Part shown: positions 55,701-64,000 of the stretch, piece by piece | How the letters are laid out: each line of letters opens with the position of its first letter | Position numbering within the stretch: position 1 is the first letter of the stretch | Assembly: GCA_043228905.1 (NCBI GenBank) | Contig: JBHGNT010000009.1 | Coordinates: forward strand, 15,190,001 to 15,254,000 | Origin: Azolla caroliniana | Lineage: Eukaryota > Plantae > Polypodiophyta | DNA: 64,000 nucleotides | Direction of reading: 5' to 3' | Notes under the pieces: model-generated | The model's database searches: none | Seen by the model: the letters and a program-made list of their open reading frames with translations, nothing else | What the model was told of the DNA's origin: nothing | Made by a program: the position numbers and the translations under genes

Positions 55701-57589
55701 CAACAACTGCATCATCATGCTTCTCACCCTTTCCGGAAGGTAAGTTCTTTCAGTTTAGTTTCTTGTAGTTTGCACTAAAGGTGAAGAGTTAATACATCTG
55801 TATATTTCAGGAGTTAATTCTGGGTAAGGTTCTAAAAAGTCAACACTCCAAGCGAATGAATTCTGTGGATGCAGCCTGGCTATCAGTGAGTATATAAGTT
55901 TTGTGTTAGAGGTGAATTTTGAAAGCCTGTAATTAAACCAAGTAATTATGAATAGATGAAAAATAATGAAGTTGTTGCCGAATGTAAATTTGATGGGGAT
56001 CGAATGCAAGTGCATAGAGATGGAGCAAAGCTTTGGTTTTGGTCAAGGTAATCATTGTCTGTGTTTCGTAATGCAGCTACTGATTGAATGATGCTGGACA
56101 GTGGTTAAATGATACAGAAAACTTTCTGCTTATTTCAAACAGAAATGGCAAGGAACATCCAGAGTATACCATAGCCCTTCGCGAAGCACTCTACAAATGT
56201 CTATTGTCTGAAAGGTCCCGTTTTTCTGCATTGATTTATTCTACTTTAATAGTTGTAATCATAGATTGACACATGCGTGATATTCGTGATATTCTCCATG
56301 CGCAATATTCTCAATATTCGAGAATACGAAATGGCCCCAAGAATATTAAAAAACCATTTGTTTTGCAAAATAAATATAAAATATTTATTTATTTATTTAA
56401 ATAAATTTATTTCACCAAAAAAGGAACAATTATTCATTAATAGATTATAGTGTCAAGAGAGTTTATGAAACTTATTTTAATTAATCAATCAATTAATTAA
56501 TTTTTAAAAAACGAATATTTTTATATTTATTATACAAATATGATTAGTATAAACTTTGAAGATATGATTAGTTTGAAGTACTATTTTTAATGTCAAAATA
56601 AAAATATCCATAAATTTTGAGGGAATAAAAAGTGAGAAATTAATGAGCCTTTATTTTATTTTATTTATTTATTAAAAATAAAACGAATACTTATAACTTA
56701 TAAGTTATACATTTATTATAAAAATTTAGTAGTGTCAAATCCCCAAGTCCCTCTTTTATTATCCCTATTTATTGTCAAGTTCCGTTTTTTTTATCCTAGG
56801 ATATTAAAAAAGATAGAGTTCTTTTTTCTTTTTTGAGTTAAACGAATACTTGACCACCCATTCGTATTCGTATTTGTTTACATTCGAATGGGAAACCTGA
56901 CGAATGCGAATATGTCAATCTATGGTTGTAATCAGCAAAGTATATGCACATTCTGTATACTAATTCTCAACTCCTCACAACTACCACGTCAATTAATTAA
57001 TCTAATTTGGAGGTCTATATTTGTGATCATTATGAATGCTGCATGCAGATGTGTACTTGATGGTGAATTACTTGTTTGGGATGTTGAAGTCGGTATGTTC
57101 AAAGCTCGTACAAGAACTTTGAATTCTGATGCAGGTACATCATTTAAGTTCTTTTGCACAATGCATAGTAAAACATAATGCATTTATAATCCTCTCCTTC
57201 ATATTTTAGATTGTGTTACTTCCATAGCATGAAAGAAAAATTTATGAATGCGCCAATCAGTATAATTGCCATTGTTTTCTTATCACTAGGATAACATCCT
57301 ACTCACATCCTTGATGCAATTCACATCCACAGAGGAGAATTGCCAATAATGCTCACCTCTATTTTATCCCTTGTGACATGACCACACCTATTTGAAACGT
57401 TTTGAGTCATCTTTCAAAAATCTGTATTTATTTTGCGTTAATTGGAACTTATTTTAGTTTTTCATTCAATGGATTTAAAGGCTTTATTTTATAGTCATTT
57501 TATTCAATTGATGTCAGATGAGAGAACCAATTTGGGTTTTGTTTTATGCAGCAAGAGCAGCTCGGAAGAGTGAAAGTACAAATCATCGG
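52763..57589 (+). pseudogene. Divergent DNA ligase IV-like gene, first 10 exons, one in-frame TGA at 55659-55661; the rest presumably lies beyond the window
   Basis: Exons 52763-52939, 53695-53859, 54179-54270, 54444-54529, 55603-55739, 55811-55885, 55956-56047, 56143-56214, 57049-57134 and 57552-57589, all GT-AG and phase-compatible. Motifs VRLLIP..D.ER..Y.LKES, EIKWFMR.I.KDMKIG, VVAECKFDGDRMQVH (motif I), SRNG and CVLDGELLVWD (motif III). Confidence 0.88.
56260..56924. mobile_element. Non-autonomous hAT-type DNA transposon (MITE), 665 bp, in intron 8 of the LIG4-like gene
   Basis: TIRs CATAGATTGACA / TGTCAATCTATG and a perfect 8-bp TSD GTTGTAAT (56252-56259, 56925-56932). Subterminal ATTCG/CGAAT repeats flank an AT-rich core. 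Confidence 0.92.
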
Positions 57590-58199
57590 GTAAGTAATCA
57601 ATCAAGATCAACAATGAAACTTACATAATCCATATGGATTATATGCTAGACAAATTAAACATGTTGTGCTTACTTTTGTTAAAGACATTCATATGGAAGC
57701 TTCTGAATATCACAGGATTCTGGAAACAAATGTACTTCTTGATGTAGGGTGTTAAACAGCTTATTGTATCTGAATATTGTAGAATTATGCTTTATAGTTT
57801 ATCATTATAAACAGATGACAATTATGCTAATAGTGCACAAACTTATCTACACTAGGAAGTTACATAATTTGCCCTTCAAAAAAGTTTGAGGCAATAATAT
57901 GAGAAATTATTGAGAAAGAAAAATATTGTTAGATTTGTATATGGGGAGAGAAAGCTCCTTAGAGTTGGGCCAGGCTCCAAGGATGTCTTGAATCCAGCTG
58001 GAAGAGGTTTTTCTGTGGTTAACATCCAATTTGCCATGGGGCCTTGGGCATTTTCCCATCTTTGGTTTATGTGGCACATTTGCTCTCAAATTCATAGTAT
58101 TGGGCTGTGCTGGCCTCCATTCTCCTAGTTAGACAGCCGCTCTAGTGTGTTGGCTAGATATGTTCACTCTGAGATGTTCAAAACTGTGACCACTTCAAT

Positions 58200-58660
58200 T
58201 TGTCTTCTGTTTACACTACACTATGGGTTGCTGACTTTCATCTTTAATGGTGCTTACCACAATCACCATGGTCTTTGCCATGTCAACTTTCAGTGATAGC
58301 GAGCATCCTTGTTTCTCTCTCATGGTGCTTATGGACTCCCTAGAAAAGCCTTCATTCATCATCAAACTGCATCTTAATTGCTGGTATAAACTTGCCACCA
58401 TTGCTTTCATGTGTATTGTTAATCAAACTTTGACCTTGGATTGTTTCAAAAGCCTTCTTGAAATCAACAAACGAGATGATCAATATTACTCAATTTGGTC
58501 GAACCTGCTTTGTCTTATGGCTCTCTTGTTGCCCGTTTTCAGCCCTTTTGATGAATTGATGGCCAGTAGCATTGCCTAGAAGTTTAGCCATACAAGATCC
58601 CAGCATGATTGTGCAATTTTGGTGAGCTGATTTCTACTTTTCCCTTTGTATAGTGTGTTG
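58200..58660 (-). mobile_element. Degenerate LINE reverse transcriptase remnant
   Basis: The minus strand gives TIMLGSCMAKL, DFKKAFET and EKQGCSLS (cf. GVKQGCPLS). The true extent is probably larger. Confidence 0.7.
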
Positions 58661-59299
58661 ATCCATTTATTATGCTTATCTTGACGAAGACCTGTGCTAT
58701 TGTGTGATTTGATGATGTGTGTATCCATTCTTTAGCTATCAAGTCTGTCTATTTTTGCATTTTTGGGTGCAGTCGAAGTGTATCTGCTGCCTTGCAATTT
58801 TGAAGTTTTTTCAAGCTTCCTGTTACGTCTTTATAGCGAAAGCTTCCTTGTGCATTACGGGAAACATGTCGGTCATCGGTCTTTCTTCCTTCATATGTAA
58901 TCGTTCCATATATATCAGGATTTCAGTGTAGGATTAAGTTATCTAGGGTAGAAGAGATGGAGATGCCATCAAGTAATCAACTGTGCTTGCACATCCCTTG
59001 GGGTTCCAACGTGTCACAGCATCTGATCTTGGCGATTGTGAAAAACCATTGTATGTCTCAAATCCATGTGTCACAAATTTATAAACTTCTTTTGTTACAA
59101 CTTCCCCATATGGAAATTAGTAAAATCAACCCTTGTCATTCAATCCTTACATAAAAAATGAGTTGCTTTTTATAGGGGCACATGCTGCCACCTGGAGGTC
59201 TTATTTTAGCTTTAATTGTATACATGTACGAGTTTCAAAGAATATATAATACCTATAGCTACTAGCTCATCAGTAGTTACATTGGTTTGTAACCTTGAG

Positions 59300-60020
59300 C
59301 TATAGGGTTCGAAATCTGTTCTCTCATCACATCAGCTACAGATTGAGGTAGGCAGATATACACGACTACCTCTAGAAGAGAGAATTTGCCAATTGTGTCA
59401 TCAAGGAGTGGAATCTGAAGAACACTATGTTTGTCATTGTAGTGTCTTTTATGAAATCAGATGGAGATACAATTGCCTCTTTAAACAAGGCTTTGGCCCA
59501 CTACGCAAGGTAATGGAATATGAGGACCAACTATGCCTAGGACTTTTCTTGCTAGAGCTCAAGAGACATCGGGAAAAGTTGTTGAAGAATACAGCCACAC
59601 AAGCTCATCCACAAAGAACAATCACAACTTTCTTTAGCCCCATCACTCCTAATGCTAGAAGTCAACCCCGGGATACACAAATGGGCTTCAGACCAGGACA
59701 TAACAAAGGGGTTACAATTGATCGGGCAATGGCAATTTGCCGTGCACGTAGGCCCCGGCCCCATGGACCACAACCTCGACACCCTTGTCATCAACTGATA
59801 AAAGCCATTATCTCCCACCATCGTAGGTGCTTCCCTCGCTTCGGAGACATTTCCATTCTAGATCGACCTATGCTAGAGATCTTTCGAAGACAAAAGCTAC
59901 AAAATACCTAACTTGAGGATCTCACATGTGCCAAAAACCAGATTCCCTCATTAATTTTCTTTTCATGTTATTTACTTTTATATTTATTGTGTAATATTTA
60001 TTTTATTTTGATTTGTTCTC
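59300..60020 (+). mobile_element. LINE 3' fragment (ORF2 C-terminal Cys/His region, RTEX-like)
   Basis: SHQLQIEVGRYTRLPLEERICQLC..VESEEHYVCHC..FYEIR, stop at 59911, then an AT-rich 3' UTR. Confidence 0.72.
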
Positions 60021-60045
60021 AAAGACGAGACAACCCTTTGCAACC

Positions 60046-63000
60046 TGTTGAGAATGTTTAAAAGTTATAACGGCTAGCCCAACGGCTAGTTATTTCCAAC
60101 AGCTAGTTAGTCCAACGGCCATATCTTGGCCTTTATAAAGAGGAACTTTCTCCTCATGTAAAAATAAGCAATCTCTGTATTTTCTCCCTCCAGTTGTGAC
60201 ATACCAATGTATATTACTGAACAGATGGGCCTTCTCATTTGTCTTTATGGTATCAGAGCATAGATCCGCCCCTCTGCAAAACCCTAGATCCACCCTTTTG
60301 CTGGTATGACAGCGATTGGAACAACACTGTCCTACCATCCGAGAGAGGAAAGGGGGATTCTTTTTTCCATTTGGGATGACATTGCTATGTGATTGAGAGG
60401 TGACTTGAGAAAAGAAGTCAGAAGAGGAGAGCAGAGATAGGCCAAGTTGAGAAGATGGATGAGGTGTTCTCAAAATTGAACGAGGATGAGGTGAAATGCT
60501 GAAATACATGAAGCAGGCTGAGATTGTAGCATCCGGAGGTGTGACAGGAACACAACCACCACCCCGACTTGAACTCCTCCCATTTGAGTTCAAACTCGAT
60601 GGACCAGCCACATACTTGAGCTGGTCGCGTCGGATTATAGGTACCTTGGTAGGGAGAAGCCTTGACAGCTACCTAACGGGAGAAGAGAAAGAACCTCTTG
60701 TCATAACGAGCAATGAATAGAAAGCATGGAGAGCTACCCACATGTCTTTGTACACGTGGCTTCTCAACTCCATGATTCCATCAATCGCCACAACAGTTGA
60801 CGGAATTTGAAGTGTGAAGGAGATATGGGAGAAATTGCAAAAGACGTATGCTGGGAGGGGAAACAACATGAGAGTATTTCAAATCGAGCAAGAGATAGAT
60901 GCTGTTTGGCAAGGAGATAGGATGATTCAGGAATATGCCATAGAGCTGGAGCGTCTATGGGCAAAATATGATCATTTCTCGCCTGTGACAGTGTGCAATG
61001 ATCCTCAATGTAAGAGCAAGGAAATTTCTGCTCAAAGAAGAACCATGCAATTTTTGAAACATCTCAACCCATCGTTTGATCAAAGAAGGGCAGTTCTTCT
61101 AACCAAGGCTGAAATTCCCACACTTGATGAGGCAATTGCGACTATGATACAAGAGGAGAGTAGAATGAAGCTGCTCTTTGACACTATCGGACTTCTAGGG
61201 GTACAATCAACACTAATGGTGTCAAATTCAAGCGGAAGTGAAAATCGAAAATGGTACAATTGTGGTGAAGCTGGTCATTTAAAGAATGCTTGCCCTAAAC
61301 CATCGAAGGAGAGAGAATATGGAGGACGTGGACAAACTAGAGGTTGTGGTCGAGGGGGCCGAAGAGGTGCAAGAGGAGGTCACCAAGCAAACTTGATGGT
61401 AACAAAATTAGAGGAAGGAACTGAGGTGGTATTCACCGAAGAGCTCTCTTAGAAATACTTAGGAGGAAGCAAAGAGCCATAGATGATACTTCATTCATGT
61501 CAAGAGGTAACATTGCCACCTATGCTTATTCAGCCACAAGTACTAGCAACACAAATATTCTTGCCTCTACACCAGAATGGATAATTGATTCTGGTGCATC
61601 TAGGCATGTGATAGTTAATACTAGTGAATTCTCCTCGTATGCTGAATTATCAATGCCAGAAAGCATTCAAATTGCTGATGGTACAACACAACCTGTAGTG
61701 GGTATAGGTACAATAAAATGTACCAACTCTGTGACATTGTCTAATGTGTTGCATGCTCCTTCTTTCCCAATAAACTTATTATCCATAAGTTCTATCATAC
61801 ACCAACTAAACTGTGTTGTTTCTTTTGATATTCTCAAGGTCATATTCCAGGAGAAAGGGACATGTCGGAGACTTGGGACTTGCAGCATTAGCATCTATGG
61901 TAGAGGGAACAAATGTAAGGGGATCTAAAATGAGTTATGACGAGTTGTTGATACTTTACCACCAACGTATGGGACATACCTCTTATGGCGTTTTGAGTCG
62001 GGTGTATCCACACCTTTTTGAAAAGGCTGATAAAACAAAACTTGTTTGTGATGCATGTGAATTTGGTAAGCTTACTAAAAGCTCATATGCTAGTTCAGGT
62101 CATAGTAGTTCCCATGCATTTGATGTAATACACTCCGATGTTTGGGGACTATGTTCCACAAGTTCTATTAATGGATATCGATATTTTGTCTCTTTCATTG
62201 ACTGCTTCTCTCGTGTGACTTGGTTATATTTGATGAGGAAAAAGAATGAAGTATTTGCTTGTTTTAAAGATTTTCATAGAGCAGTTCAAACTCAATATGG
62301 TGCAGTAGTAAAAGTGTTGAGGTCTGATAATGAAACAGAGTATGCTAACATGACATTTAGGGCATACCTCTCAGATCAAGGAATACAACATCAAACTACA
62401 TGCCCATATATACCAGAACAAAATGAAGTAGCAGAGAGGAAGTATAGACATCTTATAGACATCAATAGAATGCCCTCTAGAATATTGGAGTGGAAGTCTC
62501 CATGTGAGTTGTTGCAAGGCAATAACTCTGGAATCCTTCCTTTGAAGGTGTTTGGATGTGTGTGTTTTGTAAAGGACAATAGACCATCTGTAGGAAAACT
62601 TGATCCTAAAGCTGTAAAATGTGTATTTGTGGGATACTCTGCCACACAAAAAGGCTGTGTTTGCTGGAGTCCAGTAGAGAAGAGATTATTTGTGAGCATG
62701 GATGTGCATTTCAGAGAGTCAGAGCCATATTATAAACAAGGGGTAACTTCACCCTTTGATGATGTAATTGAAACTGAAAATATGAGGGAAGGAGATAATG
62801 GTGAGAGGTTGCTAAAAATAGGATCAATTCCTTTACTGATCCCTACATCAGTTGAGAAACAAGTGAGCGTAGGCGGTACGGAAGAAGGAAACGAAGCCGA
62901 GGAGCCTATATGTGTTGGGACTCAAGGTGATGGGGAGCTAAAGGTGTATACAAGGAAGAGGAGGTAGAAAGAAGGAAATATGAACACATCTTCAGTGCCA

Positions 63001-64000
63001 CATGTGCCATCAAGTTCCATTTCCCGACCTGCCTCGACTTTTGAAATACCTACAGAACTCCCAAACCCAGAAATCACAGGTGATATGATTTCCTCTCCTT
63101 CTCCTATAAAGATTAGGAGGACCTCTCGCAGTAATGCAGGAGTCCCTCCTGATCGTTATGGTTTTCCTCATGATATTGCTCAGTTTATCTCATATTCTAA
63201 CATATCAGCTACACATAGAGCATTCACTGCATCATTAGACTCTGTCACTTTACCCAAGTGTTGGCAGGTTGCTAAAGAAGATCCAAAATGGAAAGCAGCC
63301 ATGCAAGAAGAACTCGGAGCTCTTGAGAAGAACAAAACTTGGGAGATTGTGTCACTACCACCAGGAAAGAAGGCGGTTGGGTGCAAATGGGTGTTTACAA
63401 TAAAACAGACCCCAGAGGGAAAAATAGTTCGATATAAGGCACAATTGGTGGCTAAAGGATATAGTCAGACATATGGCATTGACTACGATGAGACTTTTGC
63501 ACCTGTGGCGAAGATGAGCACTGTTAGAACGCATATTTCCTTAGCAGTGAATAAGGATTGGAAATTACATCAATTAGATGTAAAAAAATGCATTCCTTCA
63601 TGGAGAGTTGATGGAGGAAGTGTACATGGATGTCCCCCCAGGTTTTGGTACAATTCAAACAATAGGTAAGGTTTGCAGACTAAGGAAGTCGCTTTATGAA
63701 CTGAAGCAATCTCCTCGAGCCTGATTCGCAGGTTAAGAAGGGCTATGGTGGGTATGGGATACCAACAGACAAATGTAGACCATACATTGTTTTTTCGACA
63801 ACACAAGGAGCATAGTACATTACTTGCTGTGTATGTGGATGATATAATTATCACGGGTAACGATGAAGGGGAAATTGCCCAACTGAAGGTGCAATTGGGT
63901 AAAGAGTTTGAGGTGAAGGATCTAGGATTGCTACGATACTTTCTTGGAATTGAGGTAGCTCGTGGAGCAGAAGGAGTTGTTCTATGTCAGCGAAAATATG
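60046..64000 (+). mobile_element. Ty1/Copia (Ale-like, short ~200-bp LTR), gag-PR-INT-RT, running off the window end
   Basis: LTR TGTTG.. at 60046-60247 and PBS at 60248-60259. KLDGPATYLSWS, WIIDSGAS, HQRMGH, IHSDVWG, LRSDN, KCVFVGY, GCKWVF, HQLDVK, YVDD and FEVKDLG, with stops and frameshifts. Confidence 0.93.

Overview
This is eukaryotic plant nuclear DNA, probably from a fern or another non-seed plant (inferred from the retroelement families, not proven). LTR retrotransposons make up most of the window. Bases 1-26.3 kb are a nested stack: Copia fragments; a minus-strand Copia (3214-17119) whose 3' LTR is split by a near-intact Gypsy (3229-11371); and two 3' halves of a Gypsy carrying a long extra coiled-coil ORF. 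Three host genes were reconstructed by hand from splice sites: an intact 12-exon PP2A catalytic subunit (27024-30882), a 2-exon GPI-anchored classical arabinogalactan protein (37968-39202), and the first 10 exons of a strongly diverged DNA ligase IV-like gene (52763-57589+) with one in-frame stop. That gene carries a hAT MITE in intron 8 and is followed by LINE remnants and an Ale-like Copia. The most unusual item is the Gypsy at 3229-11371. It has fungal-style pol motifs, a tRNA-Trp primer site set 8 nt from the LTR, a 4-bp ACGT target duplication, a candidate -1 frameshift after the protease, and an antisense tRNA-like Pol III A-box/B-box module in both LTRs. Family assignments come from motif recognition only; no database searches were run.
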